A stretch of DNA of 63,686 nucleotides, counting the filler, from Octopus bimaculoides (Eukaryota), in assembly GCF_001194135.2 (NCBI RefSeq). It is 7 parts of 7 records of this genome, joined end to end, with 100 filler letters (N's around TTAATTAATTAA, not from the genome) between each part and the next. Parts side by side here need not be neighbours in the genome. Positions count along the whole stretch, not along the records: positions 48,104 to 63,686 come from NC_068993.1; 6 more parts are not named here. The stretch is one strand, 5' to 3'. Below, piece after piece: positions 52,700 to 63,686 of the stretch. Both the position numbers and the translations under genes were made by a program. The notes under the pieces are model-generated. The model made no database searches, was not told where the DNA came from, and saw only the letters and a list, made by a program, of their open reading frames with translations. Within the stretch, counting starts at the first letter, position 1. Each line of letters starts with the position of its first letter.

Positions 52700-53710
52700 T
52701 TCTTAAATTTTACTTTTCTACGAAATACTTCGTTTATTTCAATTACTAAATTACTAATTAAAGTTATAGATATAGAATAGATTAAATTCGTTGAACAGAG
52801 TAGATCCTTTGATCAAGAGTAATGATAATCGGCTTAGGTTTAGCGGGAATTACGTACTTGAACTCAATCAGCAGTTTATGAGGGAAGGAAATGGCGATTT
52901 TTCTTTTCATTTTTGTCGGTGTATTTTTGACTTTCTGTTGATTCTTAGTAAGTTTTTGGCATTATGGTTAAGGTTTTGCTGGAGTACTGCCACGAACAAG
53001 TGTATATACTTCATAAATTCATAACTAGATAGTCAACAAGTTGCACTTTAGTGAATAAACACATTTTCATTTAGTTTTCTTATTTACGTCTTACATATCA
53101 GTGCGTCTGTGTGTGCATGCATACACACACACACACACAGGTATATAGATATAAATGGGTAGTTGAGTAGTGTCAGACATGGATTCAGAGAATCGTGCAG
53201 GTATCACAGTAAGCTCTTCATACGTACTCGGCTATCATCCTATTTGGTAATCAATTGCAATATAGTGTACTGTAAAATGTCCATGTGACTGAAAATCCAG
53301 AAAATCCTTGAGATTATTCTTTGAGGAGTATATAAAACATAAATCAGGATATATGAGAGATGAAGATAGATTTATTTGACCAAGTAACTTTCATAAGGTT
53401 ACAGCCGTTTCGCAAACTCCTTCATGTGTCGAGCAATATATTACTGATTATTGTATACAACTGGCCTAAATGTAACCAACGGTTTTGTATCAATTATTCG
53501 CTCTTTGGCAATATTGACAACTCTTCAGACATACTGGCTCGGAAACGCAAAGACTCTTTTATGCCGAACCCGCCCAGAGTCTATATATGTCTCTAGTATA
53601 AAAGAAGCTGTGTACTTCCGGCTGGTACGTCTGAAGACTATTATTGCTAAGGTGCAATCGTTGGCGCGAAACCCACTGTAACATTCTGACCAGTTATATG
53701 TCGATACCAT
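52700..53710 (-). pseudogene. Decayed LGR type C-like 7TM region, interrupted by a microsatellite
   Basis: Across frames: GQLYTII (TM2), *RSLRNGCNLM..SNKSIFI (W..S..C, TM3), VTWTF (TM4), V*HYST (GW.YS), SSYEFM (TM5), RKIAI..EFKYVIP (TM6), ILYL (TM7). Confidence 0.45.
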
Positions 53711-53718
53711 TAATATAC

Positions 53719-53864
53719 AAGTTCAAATTCCGCCGAGGTCGAAGTTGGCTTTCATCCTTTCGGAGTCGATAAATTAAATATCAGTTATGTACTGGGGATC
53801 GATCTAATCGACTGGCCTCCTCCCCCCAAATTTCGGGCCTTCTGCCTAGTGTAGAAAAGATTAT
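53719..53864 (+). mobile_element. 5'-truncated SINE family A copy
   Basis: GTTCAAATTCCGCCGAGGTCGA..CTTTCATCCTTTCGGAGTCGATAAATT..TGCCTAGTGTAGAAAAGATTAT. Confidence 0.9.
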
Positions 53865-54007
53865 AAGCATATATATATATATACTTAGAGCAAAGTATAT
53901 GTAATTCAACCATACATGCTTTCTTTAGTTTTTGCGAAAACAAAAGAAAGACGAAATGATAAAAAATAACTTTGGAGCTACTGATTTTGTAAGATTTTTA
54001 TTTTAAT

Positions 54008-54440
54008 AAAAATGGCGTCAAGGCTCGACTGCTTTGCTTCTTCTTACAAGCCTGTGACTCTTCCTTGTAAAGATTCAATGCTACCATTGCAGATCTTGAA
54101 ACTTGCATGTATTGTTCAAAAGTTGGATCATTTTCTGAAAGGCTTTCTTAAAACACGAATTTACATCACTAAGGTCTCTGTTGTTAAACCAGGTTGTGGA
54201 GGGGTCTCTTTGCTTCCTGAATCAGACACTTGCGTTCTCTTAATTCTTGATGTTCTTCGTAGATGAGGAGCTGATTATCAGTATGCTGTAAATCCCGAAT
54301 ATCACCTGAACCAACTTCTTTAATCCCCACTTCCTGCAATTTTTGTACGAAACTTCCGGATTGAAATTATTTCAGCCTCTGTCCTATGGACTTCCTTTCT
54401 ATAATTTGAACATTTTTTCCAGACCCCAAAGAGACAAACT
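54008..54440 (-). mobile_element. Tigger/pogo transposase C-terminal fossil
   Basis: GVWKKC..LQEVGIKEVGSGDIRDL..ENDPTFEQYMQVSRSAMVALNLYKEESQACKKKQ..LTPF matches the Tigger GVWKKL..GF.EV...DI.ELL..E.DPN.ER...V.R...Y.E...KK C-terminus. Confidence 0.7.
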
Positions 54441-55033
54441 TTAACATTGTTTGTATGTATTTTAAATTCTTTAAATTATTTAGCCATACATATTTACACA
54501 TACATGCACACACATACACACAAACGCATGTCAGCAAGCATATAACTTGCATGCACACATATGTACATCAAGAACGCAGAACAAAATACACTGAATATAT
54601 TTCGAAGGCATCTATGAAGTACACCACAAATTTTGTAAGGCAAAAAAGAAGGCAAGTTGTAGCATTAATACAATTGCATGTCAGAAGATTCGTACATTCG
54701 CGCAAGTGGTGTATAAAAGATTAATGGCATTTATTCAACTGAATCTTTACTACCTACCCATCGTCAGATCGAGATATGTTTATCATTGTTTGGTTTTTGT
54801 CCGTGGGGCTTCAACAAAGCAAAGATCTTAAGGTGTGCGTCATGACCTTGGTTTACTGTTCGGTGATCGTAGTGTACTTTCTTGCGGACAAAAGTGCTTT
54901 TAAAAATAGGTGTTTAATTATTGAGTATAGAACTGCACGATGTTGATGTGTGTCGACTTCTATAGGTGTTTGTCGTTCATTTTAATAACGGATGTAGCGT
55001 CACCCCAAAAGGGGGGATTTGGCTGCTTTCTTG

Positions 55034-55223
55034 ATGATGATGATGATGATGATGATGATGACGACGACGACGACGATGACGATGGTGATGATGTTGACGA
55101 TGGTGATGATGATGTTGACGATGGTGATGATGATGATGGTGGTGATGCTGATGCTGATGATGATGATGATGATGACGACGACGATGATGATATTGACGAT
55201 GGTGATGATGATGTTGACGATGG

Positions 55224-55255
<32 letters not shown>

Positions 55256-55278
55256 GTGGTGATGATGATGATGATGAT
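55034..55278. repeat. (GAT)n-based array with repeated GATGTTGACGATGGT sub-block
   Basis: Direct inspection; source of the poly-Asp, poly-Met and poly-Ile ORFs. Confidence 0.9.
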
Positions 55279-57168
55279 GCTTCGGATCTGTTTGCTTACT
55301 CTGCCGATTTCAGACATTGTGGGATTTAATAACTTGCAAATACGGTTATTCTAGAAGGATGTGTTTCTTACATCTCGCGTGAGTTGTGCGGAGCGTTAAG
55401 CGTTTAACTCTGTCAACCGTGTCCAGATCTGTTGCAAAGCGTATTGGCATCTCAGTTTATTGACTTGAAGACGTGGATAATTTTCTTTTCCATTTTTTTT
55501 TTCTCTTTTGGTAGTGGTGGTGGGGTTAGCATCTTGCACAGGAGATGAGTCTTTTGTAGCCCAGTGTGTGTGTGTGTCTGTGTACGTGTGTGTATGTCTG
55601 TGCGAGCGCGTGTGTGTTGGTCTCCTGCCAGGATTTCCGGTTTTGCCCGATGGTACGAATATATTATTAGAGTCTTTAAAATTGTAATTTATTCTTAAGA
55701 TTCTGCCATAAATAGAGTGACTGCTATAAAAAGAATCCATGTAGAGGTGAAGAGGTCACCAGTCGCCAGATGAAGTGGAAACGTGGAAGAACCTGTGTAG
55801 CTTCTGACCCAGAGCCAATGTTAAAAATTATGCGCGCGCACACACTCACACACAAACATTCGCTGTAAAAGTTAAATTCACAACCAACAAAATCACTTTG
55901 GTACCAGCAATGCCTTTGTGATTATGTCTACGAGGCGTGGTTGAACACACCATTTGGACTGGAGTGTACAACCTGTTACTGCCTCCCACCTCATCTTTTG
56001 CTGCTTTTTATCCTTGCCTTTTTTTGATGGTTATTTATTCCTTGTTACCTTGATGAAGTAATTCTGGAACAGGGGCTGGGTTCTCGATAGTTTAATCTTT
56101 TATACTTTTAAATTTCGTTCGTCGCTTTCTTCCCGTAAAAAAATATGTTGCTAAATAAAGATTCACTTTACATTTTAATAACACTTGACAGTTAATTTTC
56201 GTGATACTTTACACTTAAAACTGAATACTTCATGCTTAAGTTACCCTTTTCTTTAAACAAAAAAGAAAAATAGAAAGAGAAAGAAAGCCCAATGGAATTT
56301 TCTCTGGGAATGTATCACTTAGTGAAACACTGCTTCAAAAACGTTGGTTTTTCTCTTTGACACAGTTCGTTGATCATTGCCATGGTTTGCTTGGAAGCTC
56401 AGCCTGGTGTTGCTATCATTATTATCAAGAAAGTGTTCCTTANNNNNNNNNNNNNNNNNNNNNNNNNNNNNNNNNNNNNNNNNNNNNNNNNNNNNNNNNN
56501 NNNNNNNNNNNNNNNNNNNNNNNNNNNNNNNNNNNNNNNNNNNNNNNNNNNNNNNNNNNNNNNNNNNNNNNNNNNNNNNNNNNNNNNNNNNNNNNNNNNN
56601 NNNNNNNNNNNNNNNNNNNNNNNNNNNNNNNNNNNNNNNNNNNNNNNNNNNNNNNNNNNNNNNNNNNNNNNNNNNNNNNNNNNNNNNNNNNNNNNNNNNN
56701 NNNNNNNNNNNNNNNNNNNNNNNNNNNNNNNNNNNNNNNNNNNNNNNNNNNNNNNNNNNNNNNNNNNNNNNNNNNNNNNNNNNNNNNNNNNNNNNNNNNN
56801 NNNNNNNNNNNNNNNNNNNNNNNNNNNNNNNNNNNNNNNNNNNNNNNNNNNNNNNNNNNNNNNNNNNNNNNNNNNNNNNNNNNNNNNNNNNNNNNNNNNN
56901 NNNNNNNNNNNNNNNNNNNNNNNNNNNNNNNNNNNNNNNNNNNNNNNNNNNNNNNNNNNNNNNNNNNNNNNNNNNNNNNNNNNNNNNNNNNNNNNNNNNN
57001 NNNNNNNNNNNNNNNNNNNNNNNNNNNNNNNNNNNNNNNNNNNNNNNNNNNNNNNNNNNNNNNNNNNNNNNNNNNNNNNNNNNNNNNNNNNNNNNNNNNN
57101 NNNNNNNNNNNNNNNNNNNNNNNNNNNNNNNNNNNNNNNNNNNNNNNNNNNNNNNNNNNNNNNNNNNN

Positions 57169-57740
57169 CACGACACACATTCAGTCGTGACTGCTTTTGA
57201 TCATCCGTGAACAAGTGAGGCACAAATTTTGTCGCAACTCTTTTCATTCGCAATTCTTCGCTCAAAATTCGTTGGCAGGAGCTCCAGGACACACCAGTCA
57301 TATCAACAAGTTCGCCAATTGTTCGGTGACGGTCCTCTAAGATCAGTTCATGAATTTTCATGACGTTTTCATTCGTTCGGGAGGTCGACGGTCGTCCTGA
57401 ACGAGGTTGGTCTTAAAGCGTAAAAACCACTTGTAAACGTGTATTGCTCATGGATGTGTCTTTGTAAGCTGTTTGAAGCTTAACAACTGTTTTCCCCGGT
57501 AGAAAACAGAATTTCACAGAAGCACTCGGTTCCTTCGTTTCAGCATCGCAAAAATCGACGAACAAGGGAAAGGCACTGCAAAGCAAAGACCCATCACGTG
57601 GCAGTACAACTACGCCCGACGACGCCTGTCGGCAGACTGATGCCTGAATTATATCAAGTGGCTTCTGGCGGCGGAAGCATGAACTACAAAGGGCTTATCC
57701 CACAGAGAACGTCTCCGGTTCCTTTTCGGTACCCCTCGTA
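57169..57740 (-). mobile_element. Mariner element 5' half: TIR plus decayed N-terminal transposase
   Basis: Terminus TA-CGAGGGGTACCGAAAAGG at 57740. Translation VKFCFL..KLQTAYKD..VYKWF.RFK..PRSGRPSTSRTNENVMKIHELILEDRHRTIGELVDMTGVSWSSCQRILSEELRMKRVATKFVPHL (two HTH regions plus the WVPHEL-equivalent linker). Confidence 0.9.
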
Positions 57741-57959
57741 CCACGTCGACTTGTATGCCGGAAAATACATCTTTCTTGGATTTATATTTCGTAATTGAAC
57801 AGTTCATCAGTAAACGAAACATTCCTCTTGCTTACCTAATTTATTAATAACACTTGTGTAATCGGTCATAGTGGAATAAGGTATAAGGAGAAGTTTGAAT
57901 GAGATAGAGCGGGAGAGAGGTAGGGTAGAAGGGAAAGAGAGGTTGTGAAGTCTCTAGTC

Positions 57960-58950
57960 CGGTGCATTATTATAATGTCTATCAGATGCTTTTGTGATAT
58001 TTTACTCATTCTACATTTTAAAACTGTTATTATTACCAAAACTGCATTAAGGATACACCATTTCCTTCTCAAGCATCCAGGACTAAACGATAGTTCTTCG
58101 GTGCTTCCAACGAATTGTTTATTTACAAAAGGATTAGTAAATAAATTATTACACTCGTACGACGAGTAGTTAATTGGTCGGCGAATTTTCGAAATACAAA
58201 TCACCACCTCCAGAAGAAAAGTTCCAGTAAAAATATACCGAAAAAGGGTGCGTAATTAGATGGCAAAAATGTTTTTAAAAAAAATCAATATCTGGTCGAA
58301 AAATCCTTTTGTACAAAAAGACAATTATCTGATTTCTTTCTCTTTTCCTTCTTTATGAGAAAGTGATAGCTGTTCCGAAAGTCCGCTGATCTACTATTTC
58401 ACGCGCCTTAAGAGTGCAATAGTTTATTTGGCAATTCTTTATTAAATGAAGCAAAATTGGTCGTTAATAACAGGAAAGAACAAATTCTTTTGTACATTAA
58501 AATTTCTAGTCGTCTTTTCTACTCGGGTACTTCTGCTTACCGCAAATGCTCAAACTTCAAACTTAATGCTGAGAGTGTTAACACCACTAAAATTTGTTAC
58601 CCTTACTCATCAGTTTATATAATTGTCACGCTCAGATAAAAATGAAAAACATCGACTAAAATGCTGTTTACACTGCTGAAACAAAATGTACTGTGATGTT
58701 TATTACTGAAGATATTGATCCACATTGATAGTTAGATTTATATGAAACTGTAACATATTCACGTGACAACATGCAGAAATATCATTGTGAGTCGATGCTA
58801 AGGTCTTGTTTCCTATCGTAACTAAACGAATTTCACTTTTATGTACATTTAGAATTGCGTTTAGAAATGGCATGCACGCTTTAAAATTCCGTTTCATCTC
58901 CTCCAAAAATGTACAATTTTGTTTCTCATGAAAAATGAAACCAATGAACA
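57960..58950 (-). pseudogene. Decayed LGR type C-like fragment, LRR/hinge to TM5
   Basis: ILNVHKSEIRLV..HNDISACCHV (LRR plus D...CC), CGSISSVIN..FVSAV (compare DGISS.EN..VVSAV), SLSIC (TM2), SSYEC, SPGC (PGW-like), ILNAVLVII..CRM (TM5). Confidence 0.4.
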
Positions 58951-59162
58951 AGATTATGATTCTTTAGGACGAATAAATGGTGAAAAAGAAACTGCATCTC
59001 TCCACTTCGTCACTAATAGGTAAACAAACATAATATCACATCATGGACTTTATCTAAGAAAATAATTTTTTTTTTCTCTTTTTCAGTGAAGTTCGGTTTG
59101 ATGTTCAATTGTTTGCAACTAGAGTATCTAAAAGGTGGAAGAGGTCATGATGTAATCGTGTT

Positions 59163-59368
59163 TATTATAGGTACAATGCCAGGGATTTTCGGGAAGGGGG
59201 CTAGTCGATTACATCTACCTCAGTGTTCAATTGATACTTATTTTATCGGCTTAAAAGGGGTGAAAGAGAAAGTCGACCTTGGCGGAGTTTGAACCCAGAA
59301 CGTAAAAAATAGAGCACTGGCCAAAATGCTTGGCCAGTGCTCTAACGATTCTTCCAGCTCGACGCCTT
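59163..59368 (-). mobile_element. SINE family A copy containing a perfect 15-bp inverted repeat
   Basis: Family-A core on the reverse strand; TAGAGCACTGGCCAA-aatgc-TTGGCCAGTGCTCTA at 59310-59344. Confidence 0.85.
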
Positions 59369-59755
59369 ATATTCAATGTATAATAATGTAAGAAACAGCA
59401 ATGTTTGTAGATTTTGTAATTCTAGCCTAGCCCTAGCAGAAGAAGTTCAACTTGAAAAGAGAAAATGAGAACTTGTCACAATACATTTGAAGTTTTCTGT
59501 CACTTTTAATTAGCAAGACTTCTTAAAAGGTAAAGTGCAATCAGTGTTAGATGGCCAATTAATGAAAGTTCTAAAGCAGGTTGGTATTTAAAGAAGAAAT
59601 CAGTTCAAATAACGTTCTTAATTATGGGGCTTATTCTTCTACTAAAACCTCAAACACTAAGAGCTATTGTGTATGCTCTGTTGACCAGCTGTTTACCATA
59701 GGCAATAGAATCCTAACAAACCGGTCTCCCCCCCTCCTCTCTCTCTCTCTTTCTC

Positions 59756-59815
<60 letters not shown>

Positions 59816-59934
59816 TCCATTTATCTCTACCATACATACGCAAACTCATAGACACAAACGTTCTGGGAATAATACAATTTAATTAAGTGTTAAGAATCAA
59901 AAGTAAGTTGTTACAATGAATGTTTACCATTTGA

Positions 59935-60410
59935 GAGCATGTGCTGAAACGGTGAGTGGTTTGGTTGGTATAAAACATAAACACTAATTGGCATAGTGGA
60001 TGAGTTCATTTGAGTCCAGTATTTATCAGAGTTTAAACACGAGGTCTTGACATCAAATAAGTAGGGGTTGACTCATTATTTCACTACCGACAAGTATGTA
60101 TGTGCAAAACTGTCATTTAATCTCTCTTCACACGCTAAATATTAATCCGTTCACGCATACTAACCTGGGTTTGTTACTCTATACTTATGGAAGTTTTCGA
60201 AGCCACCGTCTGTTGTATCGGACGGTGACTCGGGTTCCAGAATCATTATTTCCCTGGCAACAACTTTGGAGACATTAACGATCATTAAAGAAGTTACATG
60301 ACCAGTTTGGTGTCACAAATATACTGTTGACTATTTCAATGGGCTAAGTGGTATATAACAGACACAAATGCATGCTTAAAGTATAACGGTCAATTAGCAC
60401 ACATGATTCG
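59935..60410 (+). pseudogene. Decayed (proto)cadherin ectodomain fragment, about 1.5 repeats
   Basis: Colinear remnants across frames: IVDE..SPVF, TTDKY..AKLSFNL, INPFT, FE, VVSDG, LTIIKEV, PVW..KYTV, HA, NGQLAHMI. Confidence 0.4.
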
Positions 60411-60711
60411 ATGTTGACAAGTCGAAACAAGAAAAAAAAAAGGAAGAAACAACGACAAGCAGAAGAATTTAAAGTGTGAACTTTTCCTTTTGTTTAGATG
60501 ATTGAGAGTGGTCACCGCGAAAAACTTAAAAGGCATTAAAATCATTTTTAATTCGACTTAACTTTTTCCCTTCGTACATTTCATTTTAAGTTCTTAATTT
60601 GAGAAAAATAGTGAAGATTTTTATTCTTGAGAAAGTAAAAATAATATTGTATTGTGTCTTTAAAATAACCAGGAAATATACTTCGTCTGAGCAGGTCTTG
60701 TCCCTGCTAAA

Positions 60712-61135
60712 ACCATCCGTCCATCCACCCCTCCATCCATCTTCTCTACCCATTATTCCAGGGAGAGTTGTAGGGGTGGAGTCATCGGGCATCTTACTCC
60801 ATAGCATACTTCAAAAGCAACCGTCATTACATTTTCCGGTTGGATTCCCAAGCGTGACCAACTGAGATTATGAATATTATCCAGCCATCACGTTCTTGAT
60901 CAGTTCCTAGGTCTCCTACCGGTTGGATCAGCATGAAGAATCTGTCTTGCCGTTCTTTCTTGCGACATTCTAATCACATGTCCGTAGTACCGGAGATATG
61001 ACCTCTCAATGTGGAGAAGTAGCGACTCGACCTGGAGAAACTTCTTAACCTCCGAGGTACGCACCCTGACGAGTAACATTACTCCAGAGATCTTTCGAAT
61101 GAACCCCATTGTTATTATTAGAGGAAAAATATTTG
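60712..61135 (-). mobile_element. 5'-truncated RTE LINE 3' end with (GGAT)n tail
   Basis: MGFIRKISGVMLLVRVRTSEVKKFLQVESLLLHIERSYLRYYGHVIRMSQERTARQILHADPTGRRPRN*SRT*WLDNI, the RTE LRW.GHV.RM...GRP..RW C-terminus. Confidence 0.85.
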
Positions 61136-61379
61136 TGATAAATGAGTGCGCTGAAGGTCTTCTAAGGACATCTATGTCTTTGGAATATAATGGAATATGT
61201 CTAGATACGAATTTTCGCAAGAACATTACAATGAATTATCTGGTAAACAAGGTGTTTGTTGTTTTAAATCACGATTTCTATTTTAGTTTAGTTTCCGATT
61301 AAGAATGTATTACATAAAGGCGGTGAGTACTCTAGCATGACCTGGCCGCGGTGGCTAAAATTAACCAAAGCATGTATTA

Positions 61380-61880
61380 CATGAAAGAGTGAACAGCTGT
61401 GAATAAATACAATACATTCGTTAAAGGACAATTCCGATAAAACTTGACAGTTATGTGATTTATAATTAGCAAATCGGACTAACATGCCTCTTAAGTGCTC
61501 TGGTTACTCTAAATTGCTTTATTTATTGTATCATAACTGCCTACTGGGACTCTAGTTACATTCACAAACTTTTTTCCAGATATCTCTTGGTCCTATAGTA
61601 AGTATTATAACATAGCAGTTACGTGGGCCATGATTTATAGAGATCGAATCAGATTATCGAATATGACGTTGAAACCCATTGAAATGTGTTGGCATGTTTG
61701 TAAAACGGTGGTGGTAAGGAGCAGGGGTTTCTGAATTGCTAAGCTTTGAACAAGATAACGAACGACCGAAGGGGAAAAAATTACAAAGATATGGCCGAAA
61801 GAGATGCACACTACATAATACATACTTCCAAGTATATCTACCACTAATTTTTCATATCTATAACCACTCGTGCAATGCAA
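61380..61880 (-). pseudogene. Decayed LGR type C-like fragment, hinge to about TM5
   Basis: ORF 61635-61880: CTSGYRYEKLVVDILGSMYYVVCISFGHIFVIF..YLVQSLAI..TCQH, resembling the relaxin-receptor hinge/TM1 (E.LL..I....WVV....FGNIFVI) and the TM2 SLA motif. Confidence 0.55.
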
Positions 61881-63029
61881 AAAACGTTCGTCACTTCTAT
61901 TTATGTTTTACCTCCTTTCATCGACATTTTCATCCATTCCCTTCTTCTAATATCTATCTATCTACTTATCCATCTGTTTAGCTAATAATTTATCTATTTT
62001 AAATATAATCACAAGAATTCTAAGAAACGTGCAGTGGTCCGAATCAGCAACAATCAATCTCTCTCCCAATGTGTCCATTTAATATCTATTTGTCTATATG
62101 CCAATGTGTGCATTCATTTAGATACCTATGTGTCTATTCTTCAATTAACCGAGTTAACAAGCTGGTTTGCAAGTCAACTATTTGAGCTTTCTACCTTTTT
62201 CTTTCCATTCATTTTCACTCACATGTCTTTTATTATTATTATTTACAAGACAAGTTAAAATTTTTCAGAAACTTGCTTTATAAACGTGTGACATATGAAC
62301 AGTGAAAGAATTTGAACACATTGGCAGACGAATTTAACAGCTGAATATCGTGCAAAAAGAATGGAATAATTTAGTAGTGGAATCCCTTGAAGCAGGCAGA
62401 CAATGCATGGCTGTGGTCAGCGCTAGGTATGTCGCCTCATGGAATAAGTGTGTAGCTGAAGAAATCTTTATGTACTTTTATTTTTATTGTTCCTCTTTTC
62501 ATTCCAAAATAAACATCTCGTGGTTAGTTTAGGACTAACCCGGAGCCACTCATAAACAACAGCTGCAGCAGCATCTAGTGGTTATCTGAGGTCTGTTCGG
62601 TCAGGGTTAATCTGGGACTATACAACAATATCTAGGGGTTTTATCAAATCATCACAGGTCCGTTTGTTTTGAGCTTACCTGGCGCTTGGCAGCAACAGTG
62701 AATGCATCAACAACATCTTGTCGATATATTTAGATAGAAATATGGACGGAAACGTGTTTTTCTATACGCAGTCATTCATTCTAAATCCGTTATATGTATA
62801 TATATATATATATTTACCAAACCCTTGCTGCTTACTTCGTTCGCAAAGAAAATATTTTGCTCCGGAAAGAAAATACCTCACACATACTCAATAACACGCA
62901 CGCGCACACACACGCACACACACACACACACACAAATACACACACACTTTATCATTCGATCACATTATGAAACAAAGGGAAGAAGTAAATTTGATAATAT
63001 CGTTATAGCTGCTGTTGCTGTAGTTGCGA

Positions 63030-63169
63030 AGGATGATGATGATGATGGTGGTGGTGGTGGTGGTGGTGATGGTGGTGGTTGTGATGGTGGTGGTGGTGGT
63101 GGTGGTGAAGAAGAGGAGGAGGATAAGGGGGATGAGGCATATTAGTGGTGAAGCAATAATAATAATGAC

Positions 63170-63210
<41 letters not shown>

Positions 63211-63490
63211 TGATGATGATGATGATGAGAAAGGACAATTGAAGATTAGTGATGAAGCAATTTAAGAGATGCTACATAAAAGAGGGAGTCGAACGTGTTA
63301 CCTTACCTTAGCAGCGAGTATTGTATCCAATATTTGCTACGGAATAACTAACGACTAGAAGCAGCGGGAAACACATCAGTTTGTAACTATAAGACGGAAC
63401 ATCTACTACAGCTAGCAGTAGTAATAGTAGCAGCAGTAGCAACAGCAGCAAAGACAACAGCAACAGCAGCAGCGGCAGCAGTAGCACTGC

Positions 63491-63530
<40 letters not shown>
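63030..63530. repeat. (GGT)/(GAT)/(AAT)/(AGC)/(AGT) trinucleotide arrays
   Basis: Direct inspection. Confidence 0.9.
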
Positions 63531-63531
<1 letters not shown>

Positions 63532-63686
63532 TGCATGTGGTGGCGTCGGTGAGGTTAGGTGCCCCTATCGACAGGGAGAAGTGCACTGCTATCGACGTCT
63601 GATATGTCTTATTCGTCGACTCCTTGTTCTTCAAAATATTATATATCTTCTGCCTTGCTCCGCCTCTTCCTCCTTACCCCCCCCCC

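Noticed and set aside
54940-55329. 129-aa poly-Asp ORF as an acidic biomineralisation-type protein
   Set aside because: A (GAT)n array that is open in several frames on both strands; no signal peptide or splice support.
55929-55945. TACGAGGCGTGG as the 3' TIR of the 57740 mariner
   Set aside because: Only about 9 matching bases, the intervening sequence is not mariner-like, and the implied 1.8 kb is too long.
62270-62500. Minus-strand LLNSSANVF as GPCR TM7 of a fifth copy
   Set aside because: A single motif with poor TM6 support; kept out pending an HMM search.

Overview
AT-rich eukaryotic DNA, roughly one-eighth N, dominated by microsatellites and transposon debris. The repeat landscape suggests an octopus genome, probably a short-read draft re-scaffolded with synthetic N44-TTAATTAATTAA-N44 joins; this is an inference from memory, not a database match. 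I found no intact protein-coding gene, rRNA, true tRNA or CRISPR array. Nearly all listed ORFs are microsatellite read-throughs or span gaps. Supported content: at least four tRNA-headed SINE families that share and swap modules; a further bipartite interspersed repeat; RTE-type LINE fragments; two mariner fossils, one Tigger/pogo fossil and one probable hAT fossil; a 390-bp MITE; a Helitron-like element nested in a SINE; and a duplicated Penelope-like terminal repeat carrying a minimal hammerhead-like motif. Manual frame-hopping translation of the non-repetitive islands also suggests four heavily decayed minus-strand copies of an LRR-containing GPCR (RXFP/GRL101-like, LGR type C) and one decayed protocadherin-like ectodomain fragment. 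Both families are expanded in cephalopods. These pseudogene calls come from motifs recalled and aligned by eye, so they need tBLASTn or HMM confirmation. Most coordinates are approximate to about 10 bp.
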